NCBI RefSeq assembly: GCF_963921235.1
Contig: NC_086097.1
Span: 19,160,001 to 19,224,000 of the forward strand
Direction of reading: 5' to 3'
Length of the DNA stretch: 64,000 nt
DNA from: Mobula hypostoma
Taxonomy: Eukaryota
Numbering within the stretch: position 1 is the stretch's first letter; every line of letters starts with the position of its first letter. Positions 24,088 to 36,960 of this stretch are shown piece after piece. A program made the position numbers and the translations under genes. The notes beneath the pieces are model-generated. The model worked only from the letters and a program-made list of their open reading frames with translations, ran no database searches and was not told the origin of the DNA.

Positions 24088-24651
24088 TCTATTTTCCTGA
24101 GGAGACTGAGGTCCTTTAACATCTGCCGGACGATGCTGAGGATGTTCTACGAGTCTGTGGTGGCCAGTGCTATCATGTTTGCTGTTGTGTGCTGGGGCAG
24201 CAGGCCGAGGGTAGCAGACACCAACAGAATCCACAAACTCATTCGTAAGGCCAGTGATGTTGTGGGGATGGAACTGGACTCTCTCACGGTGGTGTCTGAA
24301 AAGAGAATGCTGTCCTAGTTGCATGCCATCTTGGTCAACGTCTCCCATCCACTACATAATGTACTGGTTGGGCACAGGAGTACATTCAGCCAGAGAATCA
24401 TTCCACCGAGATGCAACACTGAGCGTCATAGGAAGTCATTCCTGCCTGTGGCCATCAAACTTTACAACTCCTCCCTTGGAGGGTCAGACACCCTGAGCCA
24501 ATAGGCTGGTCCTGGACTTAATTCCTGGCAAAAGTTACATATTACTATTTAACTATTTATGGTTTTATTACTATTTAATTATTTATGGTACAACTGTAAC
24601 GAAAACCAATTTCCCCCGGGATCAATAAAGTATGACTATGACTATGACTAT
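24088..24651 (+). mobile_element. Rex1/Babar 3' fragment (copy 3)
   Basis: Near-identical to 132-705; ends AATAAAG(TATGAC)n. Confidence 0.85.
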
Positions 24652-24850
24652 CTGCTGTCCATTTTCTGAAGTTCTCTCCTTTTGCTTGTTCTTTCTTTCA
24701 TCTCTTTTCTATAAGTGTATACCTCAGATAAATATTATGTGGAGATTTGTGGCATATATGACTATATGATATATATGTACAATATCTGAAATACATCTTA
24801 TGGAAATGTTTGATGATGAACTTCAATAAAAAATAAATTACAAAAAAAAA
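24652..24850 (+). mobile_element. Probable L1-type 3'UTR with poly(A)
   Basis: T-rich UTR ending AATAAAAAATAAATTAC(A)9. Confidence 0.5.
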
Positions 24851-25597
24851 GAATCTAGCTGACAAATGTGTCTGTTTTAAGCAGAAAAAAAAGTATCAGT
24901 ATTTCACTTACTTTTCCTCCAGCTCAAGACAAAGAACCGGCTAATTCTTAGATTCCATTTTTATGCCGTCCCGACCCAAATTCCTATTAAACACATTTGT
25001 AGATTTTATTTTCTTTCCAGGAACTGTATGTTTGATTATCACACTGCTCACTAGGTGCTGCAAACATGGAAATGCTCTTTACCACTCAGGAGAACTTGCT
25101 TCCTTTACCTCTTGCCAGTGTTGATTCAATTTGCCAGTTAATTTAGGTTCAGCCTGAAGCAGACTCCTTTCATAATTCTGGCTTGCTCTTTCTCAAAGCA
25201 GTAAGCAAAGCCTCCTGCTTTTCAGTCAGGCAGACACTTCTGTGTTAAGAGCTGCAGAGTGTATACCAGCTCAGGATAGAGATCAGGAGTGTTTTCTTAT
25301 CTTGTAGGAAGGAGCAGGCGGGGAAAACTATTCCTGGTCGCATTACTTCAATCAATGATCTCAAGGTTGTCACTTTAATCTCTTTAAAAGCACACGTCTA
25401 CAGTTTGAGATTATTCCGAGCAGTGTGAGACTGCAGGAACCTTTCCAGACACAGAGATGTCATTGAAATTGCTTCAAACCAAATGTGTCAGTAGGCATAC
25501 TGACTTCTATGAAATACTTTATTTCATTTGCACACAAGGCCTTTCAGAGAATTCCACAACCCTCCTCATTCAGGCACCTTTAATTGAAATGCTGTTA

Positions 25598-26590
25598 TAA
25601 GACCATAGGACATAGAAGCAGGATTAGGCCATTCGGCCCATCGAGTCTGCTCTGCTATTGTATCCTGGCTGATTTATTAACCCTCTCCACCTCATTCTCC
25701 TGCCTTCTCCCCATATCCCTCAATAGTCTTACTTATCAAGAAACTATCAACCACCACTTTAAATAAACCCAGTGACTTGGTCTCCACAGCCATCTGTGGC
25801 AATTAGTTCCACAGGTTCTTGACCCTTTGGCTAAACAAATCCCTTCTCATCTCTGTTCTAAATGGATGACCTTCTATTCCTTCTGGTCCTAGATGCCCCC
25901 ACCCAACTACTGGAAACATTCTCTCCATGCCCACACCCTCTCTAAAGCTTCCATATTCTTCCTATAATGAGGTGACCAGAACGGAACACAATACCCCAAA
26001 TGCAGTCTAACCAGTTTTATAGAGCTGTAACATGACCTCACAGCTCTTAAACTCAATCCCTCACAAATGAAGGGTAGCACACCATATGCCTTCTTAACCA
26101 CCCTATCAACTTATGATGATTATGAAGCCACGTAGTCCTCTTTTATTGTCATTTAGTAATGCATGCATTAAGAAATGATACATTATTATGGACGTGAATC
26201 CCCAGGATCCCTCTGTTCCTCCACACTGCTAAGAATACTGCCATTAACTCTGGATCCTTCTCTCAAGTTCGACTTTCCAGATTGAATCACTTCAGAATTT
26301 TCAATATTCTCTGCTGTTTCTTTCAGTCTTGGGTTGCTATACCTGAACTGTGACACATCTGGGTAGAGTGTTTTTTACGTAGCATCATTAAACTTACACC
26401 ATAAGACCCGAATACAAATTCCTCCTCATCTCTCTTCTAAAGAGACATCCTTCTGAGGTTGTGCCCCCAGTCCTAGACGCCCCCACTATTCGAAGCATCC
26501 TCTCCACTTCCACTCTATCTTGGCCTTTCAATATTCGAAAGGTTTCAATGAGATCCCCGCTCATTGTTCTAAATTCCAGCAAGTACAGGC
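25598..26590 (-). mobile_element. Several CR1 3' fragments
   Basis: KKAYGVLPFI, LGYCVPFWSPHYRK and GLYLLEFRTMSGDLIETF on the minus strand. Confidence 0.75.
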
Positions 26591-27726
26591 CCACAGGCTA
26601 CGGAGATGAAGGGTAGGCGGAGGGGCACCAGAGGGAGGTGATAGGCAGGTGAGGAGAAGAGAAAGCATAAGAGGGGAGTCAGAATAAGGAATATATAAAG
26701 AGAGAAGGGGGTGGGGGTAAATTACCAGGTTAGAGAAATCACTGCTTATGGTGTCAGGTTTCGGCTACCCAGACGGAATATGAGATGTTGCTCCTCCATC
26801 CTGAGAGTGGACTAATCATGGTAGTAAAAGAGGCCATGGACCGACATGTCAGAGTGGGAATGAGGATAGAGATTAATACAGTTGGCCACCGGGAAATCCT
26901 GTTTGTTGCGGAAGACACAAAGGTGTTCAACAAAGCAGTTCGTCTTCGTCAAACCACTGAGTCAATCTGCTCTGGCTCCTGTACTTGCACCAACCTGCCT
27001 AGGAGACCGTCTACCACAGAGAAAACATTGCTGCCGATGCCCTAGGTTTATCTCACAGAGGAAAATCTGTTGTCCCATATGGCACAGCACAGACAACTTG
27101 AGAGAGCAGCTGGAGATTACAAGCCTTCCATCCGACTCAGGGAAGCACAGGATAATCCTGACAGGGAGACATTCACACGTGATAGTGTCATAGAATCATA
27201 GAGCACTACCTACAGAAAGAGTCTGTTTGGCCCATCAAGTCCATGCCAAAATTTAAACTGCCTACTCCCATCAATCTGCACCCAGACCATAGCCCTCCAT
27301 ACCGCTTCCCATCCTATACAAATTTATCTGAAATGTTGAAATTGAACCCAAATCCACTACATCTACAGGCAGCTCATTCCATACTTTCACCACCCTCTGA
27401 GACAAGAAGCTCCCCCTCTTGTTTCACTTGAACAGTTCACCTTTCACCCTTAACCCATGACCTCTAGTTGTGGTCTCTCCCAGCCTCAGTAGGAAAAACC
27501 TATCTATACCTCTCATAATTTTGTATACCCCAATCAAATCTCCTCTCTTTCTTCTATGCTACAGGGAATAAAGTCTCAACCCATTCAGCCATTGCCTATA
27601 ACTCAGGTTCTCAAATCCTGGCAACATATTTGTAAACACAAAATAATCGGCAGCTGCTGGGGTCAAAGCAACACTCACAACACGCTGGAGGAACTCAGCA
27701 GGTCGGGCAGCATCCGTGGAAACGAT

Positions 27727-27764
27727 CAGTCAATGTTTCGGGCTGGAACCCTTCTTCAGGACTG
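27727..27764 (-). ncRNA. Minimal hammerhead-ribozyme motif (PLE-associated; palindromic loop mutated)
   Basis: Minus strand: CAGTC-CTGAAGA-A-GGGTTCCAGCCC-GAAACATT-GACTG. Confidence 0.5.
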
Positions 27765-28596
27765 AAGAGGGAAGGGGCAGAGGCCCTATAAAGAAGGTGG
27801 GGGGAGGGTGGGAAGGAGAAGGCTGGTAGGTTCCAGGTGAAAAACCAGTAAGGGGAAAGATAAAGGTGTGGGGGAGGGGAGGCAGGGAGGTGATAGGCAG
27901 GAAAGGTGAAGAAGGAATAGGGGAAAACACAATGGGTAGCAGAAGGAGGTTGGAACCATGAGGGAGGTGATACGCAGCTGGGGGAGGGAGCAGAGTGAAG
28001 TAGGGATAGGGGAAGGGAGGGGGAGGGAATTACCGGAAGTTGGAGAATTCTATGTTCATACCAAGGGGCTGGAGACTACCTAGACGGTATATGAGGTGTT
28101 GCTCCTCCAACCTGAGTTTAGCCTCATCATGGCAGTAGAGGAGGCCATGTATGGACATATCCGAATAGGAATGGGAAGCAGAGTTGAAGTGGGTGGCAAC
28201 CTGGAGATCCTGTCCGTTGTGGCGGACGGAGCGGAGGTGCTCGACGAAGCGGTCCCCCAATCTGCGTCGGGTTTCACCGATGTAGAGGAGGTTGCGCCGG
28301 GAGCACCTGATACAATAGGTGACCCCAACAGACTCACAAGTGAAGTGTTGCCCCATCCCTACTTCACTCTGCCCCCTCCCCCAACTGCCTTTCACCTCCC
28401 TCATGGTTCTGCCCCCTTCTACTACCCATTGTGGTTTCCCCTATTCCTTCTTCACCTTTCCTGCTGATCACCTCCCTGCCTCCCCTCCCCCATCCCTTTA
28501 TCTTTCCCCTTACAGGTTTTTCACCTGGAACCTACCAGCCTTCTCCTTCCCACCCTCCCCCCACCTTCTTTATAGGGCCTCTGCCCCTTCCCTCTT

Positions 28597-28634
28597 CAAT
28601 CCTGACGAAGGGTTCCGGCCCGAAACGTTGACTG
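28597..28634 (+). ncRNA. Minimal hammerhead-ribozyme motif (PLE-associated)
   Basis: CAATC-CTGACGA-A-GGGTTCCGGCCC-GAAACGTT-GACTG; core intact, one mismatch in stem I. Confidence 0.6.
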
Positions 28635-30193
28635 ATCGTTTCCACGGATGCTGCCCAACCTGTTGAGTTCCTCCAGTGTGTTGTGAACATATTTGTAAAT
28701 GTTCTTTGCCCTCTTTCAATCTTATTTACATCTTTTCCTTAGCTAGGTGACTAATACTGTACACAATACTCCAAATTAGCCCTCACCAATCTCATTTCAA
28801 CATAAATTCCAACTCCTGTACTCGATACATTAATTTATGAAGGTCAATGTGCCAAAAGCTCCCATTTCAACCCTGTCTGCCTGGGACACCACTTTCAAGA
28901 AATTATGGATCTGTATTCCCAGATCCCTCTGTTCTACTGCACTCCTGGGTGCCCCTACTACTCACCATGTACGTATGTAAGTCCTACCCTGGCTTGTCCT
29001 CCCAAAGTTCAACTTCTAACACTTGTCTATTTCATCCAATGGCAAATTCCATCTGCCATTTTTTAGCGCAGTTTTCCAGCTGGTCTCGATCCTACTGTAA
29101 GCTTTGACATGGAGGATGGACCCTCAATTTGATCTTCATCTGCCTCATTTTCAAAGTTCAATCTTTCAAATTTCAAAGTAAAATTTATTATCAACGTACA
29201 TACATATATGTCATCTTGAGATTCACTTTCAAAGTTTCAAAGGTACATTTAATGTCAGAGAAATGTATACAATATACACCCTGAAATGCTTTTTCTTTGC
29301 AACCATCCACAAAAACAGAGGAGTGCCCCAAAGAATGAATGACAGTCAACGCGTAGTGGTTAGAGTAATGTTATCATGGTGCCAGTGACTATGCCAAAGT
29401 CCTGCCAAGATCATGAGAAATCTGCTTTTTCCCCACCAGAGTTCCACTACAATCCTTTCATCTTTGCTGTGCCCAAGGACAGAACACATTGCACCGTATC
29501 CCTTGATCTACACCTACAGAATGCACAATAACAAGATAGGCATAAGACAAAAGACAGAGGAGCAGAATTAGACCATTTGGCCCATCGAATCTGCTCCGCC
29601 TTTCCATCGTGGCTGATTTATTGTCCCTCTCATAGAGTCAGAGTCACAGAAAAGTATAGCACAGAAACAGGCTCCTTGGCTTATCTAGCCCATGCTGAAC
29701 CATTTAAACTGCCTATTCCCATCACCTGCACCCAAACCATAGCTATCCACACCCCATTCATATATACCAGGCTGCTACCAGGACTTCAGAGCCTGAGTAA
29801 TAGGTGCATGCTATTCCTTGGAGTGCAGGAGACAGAGGGTGACCTTAAAGGTGTGTATAAAATTACCAGAAGTCAGAGTAAACTCATTATCAAAGTACGT
29901 ATATGTCACCACATGCGACCTTGGGATTCATTTTCTTGTGGACATTTCCAGGAAACTAAAGAAATGCGTCAGAATTTCTGAAAAACTATACATTAACTGA
30001 CAAACAACCAATGTGCAAAAGAAGACAAAGTGAGCGAATAGCAATGAATAATAATTAATACTGAGAGTAGGAATTGTAGAGCTGCTGAAAGTGAGTTCGT
30101 AGGTTGTGGAATCAGTTCAGAGTTGAGCTGCGTGAAGTTATGCACACCGGTTCAGGAGCCTTTTGTTGTCGGGTAATAGCTGGTCCCTAACCT

Positions 30194-30905
30194 CACAAAC
30201 ACGAGGAAATCTGCAGATGCTGTAATTTCAAGCAACAGACATAAAAGTTGCTGGTGAACGCAGCAGGCCAGGCAGCATCTCTAGGAAGAGGTACAGTCGA
30301 CGTTTCGGGCCGAGACCCTTCGTCAGGACTAACTGAAAGAAGAACTAGTAAGAGATTTGAAAGTGGGAGGGGGAGGGGAGATCCAAAATGATAGGAGAAG
30401 ACAGGGGGGTGGGGGGGGATGGAGCCAAGAGCTGGACAGGTGATTGGCAAAAGGGATATGAGAGGATCATGGGACAGGAGGCCTAGGCAGAAAGAAAAGG
30501 GGGAGGGGAGAAGCCCAGAGGATGGGCAAGGGTATAGCCAGAGGGACAGAGGGAGAAAAAGGAGAGAGAGAGAAAGAATGTGTGTATAAAAATAAATAAC
30601 GGATGGGGTACGAGGGGGAGGTGGGGCATTAGCAGAAGTTTGAGAAGTCAATGTTCATGCCATCAGGTTGGAGGCTATCCACACGTAATATAAGGTGTTG
30701 TTCCTCCAACCTGAGTGTGGCTTCATCTTTACAGTAGAGGAGGCTGTGGATAGACATGTCAGAATGGGAATGGGATGTGGACTTAAAATGTGTGGCCACT
30801 GGGAGATCCTGCTTTCTCTGGCAGAGCGTAGGTGTTCAGCAAAGCGGTCTCCCAGTCTGCATCGGGTCTCGCCAATATATAGAAGGCCACATCGGGAGCA
30901 CCGGA
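30194..30905 (-). mobile_element. Penelope-like element 3' fragment
   Basis: Terminal repeat plus GIY-YIG remnant (LLYIGETRCRLGDRFAEH on the minus strand). Confidence 0.85.
30294..30331 (-). ncRNA. Minimal hammerhead-ribozyme motif (best-preserved copy)
   Basis: Minus strand: TAGTC-CTGACGA-A-GGGTCTCGGCCC-GAAACGTC-GACTG. Stem I, core, stem II, GAAA, ACGU palindrome and UC cleavage site are all present. Confidence 0.7.
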
Positions 30906-30992
30906 CCTTGTTGTTTTGGACCTACGGCTCATGTACCTCCTGCCAGTGAACGCACACAGCCTTTTACCTAGGGAAGGGGGACTTCCCCTTAC

Positions 30993-31240
30993 GGGCAGCA
31001 CAATAGCATAGCAGTTAGAGTAATGTTATCATGGTGCCAGCGACCTGGGTTCAATCCCCCCGCTGTCTGTAAGGGGTTTGTTCGTTCTCCCCGTAACTCC
31101 ATGGGTTTCCTCCGGGTGATCCAGTTTCCTCCCACATTCCAAAGTCGGATAGGTTGGTAAGTTAATTGGTCACATGGGTGTAATTGGGCAGTGTGGGCTC
31201 GTTGGGCCAGAGAGGCCTGTTAATGTGCTATAACTCTGAA
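30993..31240 (+). mobile_element. V-SINE/HE1-like SINE
   Basis: tRNA-like head (GGTTCAATCCC) and central domain GGGTTTCCTCCGGGTG.TCCAGTTTCCTCCCACA.TCCAAAG. Confidence 0.8.
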
Positions 31241-33489
31241 TAGCTGAGTAAAATAATCTTTAAATTAGAGGGCATATGTTCAAGGTGAGGGGTGAAAGAT
31301 TTAAAAGGGATCTAAGGGGCAATTTCTTTACACTGTCAGTGGTGTGCAACTAGAATAAGCTGCCAGATAAAGTGGATAAGGTAGGTACAGTAACAAATCT
31401 GAAAAGGCATTTGGATAAGTACGTAGCTAGGAAGGATTGTGAGGGATGCAGGTTGTGGGAATAGCTCGGTGTGCACCGTGACTGCCATGGACGAGTTTGG
31501 CCAAAGGGCCTGTACCTGTGCTGTACTGCTCTATCACCATAAAGACGGAGAGTCGCTCACCTAACTTAGTATCGCTGCGCTGAAGAGAAGCAGTTGGGAC
31601 ACGAATGCTAGTTTGAGACGCGTCAGAAAAATTTCGGAGATGAGAGAGTCTGTTTTGATAGCCCAGAAGTCCAATGCACACAAGGGAGAAGTGGAACCAC
31701 AGATCTGCAGAAGCAGGAGATAATCTGCTGATCCTGGTGGAAGTTGTTTAGATTAAATGGTCCCTGGCAGAGATGAACAGCATTTTGATAAGGAGTCACG
31801 TGGTAATGTGTATCTGATTCATAGCTCAAGAAGTGTAGTGTCAAATCTAAGGAGTTTCTTTAAGTATAAATCCAGAACCAATCAGTATGAATGTGAATTA
31901 AACACCAAAATGTGTCAGGAAATTAGGAAGACACCAAATCTAGTCATTAGGCAAGATTTATTGCTGTAGATAAATGCTTATTTTTTTTAACTACTTGCAC
32001 TGTGCTGATGGTCTAAGAGAGAAAGGGAAGCAGTGCAGTGTATCTTTGAACAATGCATATAATCATCTCCCAGTGATGATGTGTGTTCATATTGTCATCC
32101 TGTTGGGCAGGAGAGTTACGTGACGTGCCTGCTGTGCAGCCTAGAACATTCAGTCTGCCAGCCCAGGCCCGACAGCCTACCAAAGCAACAGGGTCCAGGT
32201 CCGAGAGTGTATCAAAATGGCAGCGCCCGAGACCAGGAGCAGGTAATGACCTGCTGTTCTGCTGATTTAAGTGCCAGGCCAGACTGAAAAGATCAGGGTC
32301 CCAGCGCCAGAGGAGAGGGATGGGCCGGTGTTCAGCTTGCTGCTCGGTGAGGCCTGCTCACCTCTGTACTGAACTGAGGACGGGGCCAGCCACTAATGGG
32401 CTCCTGGACCGGCTGCGACTGGCCTCACGGCTGTGGACAGAAAATTCAGTTCTGAATATTATTAGCTTGCTTTAATTGTTTCCACACTTTGGGTTTTTTT
32501 GCACATTGGGTGTTTGCCGGTCGTCTTTTTTTTAATAGGTTCTATTGGGTTCCTTTGTTTAGTGGCTCCCGGTAAGAAGACAAATCTCAAGGTTGTGTAC
32601 AGTATACATACTTTGATAATAAATGTACTTTTGAACCTAAGAGTCTCAGCATGGAAATACTTTAAATATTCTCCAATGCACAGGATCAAAAGTGGCTGCA
32701 GAGGTTTGTAGAATCATCCACCTCCATCACAGACACCACCCACTGAAGGCATCGTCTGATGACAGTGCTTCAAGAAAATGGTTTACCTCAATGAGGACCC
32801 TCGCCACCTAGGATCTTCCCTCTTTGCACTACTACCATCAGGGAGGTACATCACTTGCACTGACAGCTCTTTCCACACTCTCACCACCCACTGAGTGAAG
32901 AAGCTTCCCCTCATGTTTCCCTTGAATATTTCACCTTTCACGCTTAACCCATGATGTCTCGTTGAAGTCTCACCCAACTTCAGTGGAAAAAGCCTGCTTG
33001 AGTTTACACTACGTATACCCCCCTTAATTTTGTATACATCTATCAAATTTCAGCTCAGTCTTCTCAGAAATAAAGGGAACCTATTCAATCTTTCCATATA
33101 CAGTATCTCAGGTCTTCAAGTACCAGCAACATCCTTTTAAATTTCTCTGCACTCTTTCAATCTTAATTACATGTTCCCTGTAAGGAAGTGACCAAAACTG
33201 CCCACAATACTCCAAATTAGGCCTCACCAATGTCTGATGCAATTCCACTACACCCCAATCTTGATGTCATCTGCAAATTTGCTGATCCAGTTTACCATAT
33301 TATCATCCAGATCGTTGATATAGATGACAAACAACAATGGACCCAGCATAGGCCCTTGCAGCACACCAATAGTCACAGGCCTCCTGTCAGAGAGGCAACC
33401 ATCTCCTACCACTCTCTTGCTTCTCCCAGTGAGCCAATTTATGTGCTGCATCTCAATGCATACACATAGACTACTAGAACAAAGAACAT

Positions 33490-35500
33490 TCATAGTTCAA
33501 AAACATTCAAAATAAATTTATTATCAAAGTACATACTTGTCACCATATACTACCTTGAGATTCATTTTCTTGCAGACATATTCAATAAATCCAAAATAGA
33601 TTAATAACCATAATAAAATCAATGAAAGACCGCAGCAAGATGGGCATTCAAGTAGTGTGCAAAAGACAACAAACTGCAAATACAAGAAGGAAGAAATAAT
33701 AATAATAAATAAATAAGCAATAAATATTGAGAACATGAGATGAGGAGTCCTTGAAAATAATTCCATAGGTTGTGGGAACATTTCAAATGATGGGGCAAGT
33801 GAAGCTGAGTAAAGAAGTCCCCTTTGGTTCAAGAACCTGAATGTTGAGGGGTAATAACTGGTCCTGAACCTGCTGGTGGGGTCCTAAGGCTCCTGAGCCT
33901 TCTTCCTGATGGCAGCAGCGAGAATAGAACATGTTTTGTGAAGGAAAAGCATTTCACATACATATCTCTGACATTAAATTGGACCTTTGAACCTTTGAAC
34001 CTGGGTGGTACGGGTCCCTGACGATGGATGCTACTTTTCTGCGCAAGCCTTCGTATAGATATGCACAATGAAGGGAATGGCTAGACCACGTGATATACAG
34101 GACCATATCCACGTGATGTACTGGACAATATCCACGTCATATACTGAACCATATCCACATGATATACTGGACCATATCCACATGATATACTGGACCATAT
34201 CCACATGATATACTAGACCATATCCACATGATGTACTGGACCATATCCACGTGATGTACTGGACCATATCCATGTGATATATGGGACCATATCCACGTGA
34301 TATACTCGACCATGTCCACGTGGTATACGAGACCATATCCACTACTTTTTCTAAGATTTTCTATTCAAGGGGATTGGTGTTTCCATACCAGGCTGTGATA
34401 CAGCCAGTCGATATACTCTCGACTACACAACTATAGAAGTTTTTCAGTCTTATATGTCATGCTGAATCTTCACAAAGGAAGTGGAGGTGCAGCCGTGCTT
34501 TCTTCACAATTGTACTTATGTTCTGGGCCCAGGACAGGTTCTCTGAAATGATAGCACTGAAGAATTTAAGCTTTCTGACCCTCTCCACCTCTGATCCTCT
34601 GATGAGGACTGGCTCATACGTTCCTCATTATCCTCGTTAACATACAAGGAACGTTTGATGGCTCTGGGTCTGTACTCATTGGAATTTGGAAGGATGGGGG
34701 GGGTTCTCAAGAAACCTTTCGAATGTTGAAAGGCCTAGACAGAGTAGATGTGGAAATGACGTTTCCCATGGTGGGGGAATCTAGGACAAGCGGGCACAGC
34801 CTCAGGATAGAGGGGCGTCCAATCAAAACAGATGTGGAGAAATGTCTTTAGCCAAAGGGTAGTGAATTTGTGGAATTTGTTGCCACATGCAGCTGTGGAG
34901 GCCAGGTCGCTGGGTGTATTTAAGGTTAAGGTAGAGATTGATAGGTCCTTGATTGGACATGGCATCAAAGGTTACAGGGAGAAGGCCAGGAACTGAGGTT
35001 GAGGAGGAGATAAAAAAAAAAGATCAGCCATGATTGAATGGCAGAGCAGACTCGATGGGCCAGATGGCCTAATTCTGCTCCCGTATCTTATGGTCTTATG
35101 ATTCATAGACTTCTGCTCTCCTCCTGCTCCTGAAGTCAATAATCAGCTCTTTGATCTTGCTGAATTTCAGTGAGAGGTTGTTGTTGTAGCATCTCCCTTC
35201 TACATGCTGATTCATCACCATTTTTGATCCAGGCAACAACAATGGTGTTGTCAGCAAACTTGAATCTGGCATTGGAGATGTGCTTAGCCTTACAATCAGA
35301 AGCATAAAGTGAGTAGAGCAGGGAGCTCAGCACACAGCCTTGTGGTGCACCTGTGCTGAGGGAGATTGTGGAGGAGCTGTTGTTGCCAAACCAAACTGAC
35401 TGGGGTCTGCAAGTGAGCAAATTGAGGATTCACTTGCACAAGGGGGCATTGAAGCCAAGTCTTGAAGCTTATTGATTAGTTTTGAGAGGGTGATGGGATA
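33490..35500 (-). mobile_element. Rex1/Babar LINE fragments with a nested CR1 3' end (~34647-35100, +)
   Basis: STGAPQGCVLSSLLYSLY...KFADN, KELIIDFR and LFSLLPSGRRLRSL on the minus strand. Confidence 0.75.
34083..34342. repeat. 23-bp minisatellite (~11 copies)
   Basis: Unit GGACCATATCCACATGATATACT; ACCATAT recurs at 34148, 34171 and 34194. Confidence 0.95.
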
Positions 35501-36179
35501 AAAGGTGTACATAGAGGCTCTCTCACCAATTGATGGTCTCATGGCCAAACCAGAGACTGCAGATAAGGAGTTTCAGGATGGGAATCTGAACTATGCCCCA
35601 TTGATTGCACTTTCTACATGCACGCACACTCTGGGGGTAAGTAATACATCATTTGACCATTAAGTAAAGACGGTCCTGTCATTGTCAGATGCAACGGACA
35701 ACCACCAAACACACTCCGTGTAATGACCTTCACTTGGGTCTAATATTCATAATTTTCAGAGGTCCATCAGTACCTCCCAAAACATCTGCCCTCCAACATT
35801 ACAGAAGAATAACAGGAACATTGTGATTCAAGACAACGTGGAAAGGATTTGTGATAACTTAGAAACAAGACTGTGGAAATCAATCTTTATGATGATGGAC
35901 TCTGAAATCTAATCCATGAGTAATGCAGTGACACAGAGATTCACTTACTGAGCTAAGGAACCAAACTGTGCCAGAAAATCATTTAATCAGGGCTGTAAAC
36001 AGCAAAGGACAAGTGTGTAGAATGACCAGGGTAACAAAAAAGCAGCATATCAAGTAAACATATCAACAAACAACCAGGACAGCATAAAAACCATGGCAAC
36101 AAGGGATCAGAGTACCAAACAATTGGAGAGATGGTTGACAAGGCATGAACTGACCAGTGTCTGAAATGGCCTGGGTAGA

Positions 36180-36960
36180 ATCAAAATTAGATTCAGCTTT
36201 AATCTCTCTGACATATGTCGTGAAACTTCCTTGTTTTGTGGCAGCAGCACATTGCAACACAATAAAAAATACTATAAATTACAATAAGAAATATAAATAT
36301 AAAATTAAATTAACTAAATTGTGTGAAAAGACAGCAGAAAAAAAACAAAAAATAGTGAGGTAGTGTAATGTCTTCACTGTCCATTTAGAAATGTGATCAC
36401 AGAGAGGAAGAAACTGTTGCTGAAACGTTTTGTGTGTCTTCCGTACCTCCTCCTGGATGGTAGCAGTGAGAAGAGGGCATGTCCTAGGTGATGGGGTCCT
36501 TAATGATGGATGCTGCCTTTCTGAGGCATCTCTTTATGAAGATGTCCTCAATGCTGGGGAAGCTAGTGCCCATGATGGAGCTGAATGACTTTACAACTTT
36601 CTGCAGCTTTTTCCAATCCTGTGCACTGGCCCTTCCATACCAGACAGTGATGCGAACACGTAGAGTGCTCTCCACGGTACGTCTATAGAAATTTGCAAGT
36701 GTCTTTGGTGATATACCAAGTCTCCTGAAACTCCTAAAGAAATGTAGTCACTATCGTGCCTTCTTTGTAATTACAACAATATGATGGACCCAGGAAAGAT
36801 TCTCAGAGATGCTGACACCCAGGAACTTGAAACTGTTCACCCTTTCCACTGCTGATCTCTCACTGAGGACTGGTGTGTGTTCCCTCAACTTCCTCCTCCT
36901 GAAGTCCACTATCAATTCCCTGGTCACAATCACTTGAGTGCAAGGTGGTTGTGACACCCC
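36180..36960 (-). mobile_element. Rex1/Babar LINE 3' fragment
   Basis: RELIVDFRR, VERVNSFKFLGVSISENLSW, ITVWYG and RCLRKAASIIKDP. Confidence 0.8.

Larger units (their letters stand above)
27637..28685 (-). mobile_element. Penelope-like element, 5'-truncated, with inverted terminal repeat
   Basis: GIY-YIG endonuclease fragment (GVTYCIRCSRRNLLYIGETRRRLGDRFVEH...LEEQHLIYRLGSLQPLGMN); inverted arms ~27676-28012 and ~28350-28685; perfect 14-bp TSD AACATATTTGTAAA (27623-27636, 28686-28699). Confidence 0.9.
27190..29108 (-). mobile_element. CR1 fragment interrupted by a PLE
   Basis: CR1 3'UTR at ~27190 and ORF2 remnants up to WQMEFA near 29050. Confidence 0.75.

Noticed and set aside
34083..34342. 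CRISPR-like array
   Set aside because: The units are head-to-tail with no unique spacers, there are no cas genes, and the context is eukaryotic.
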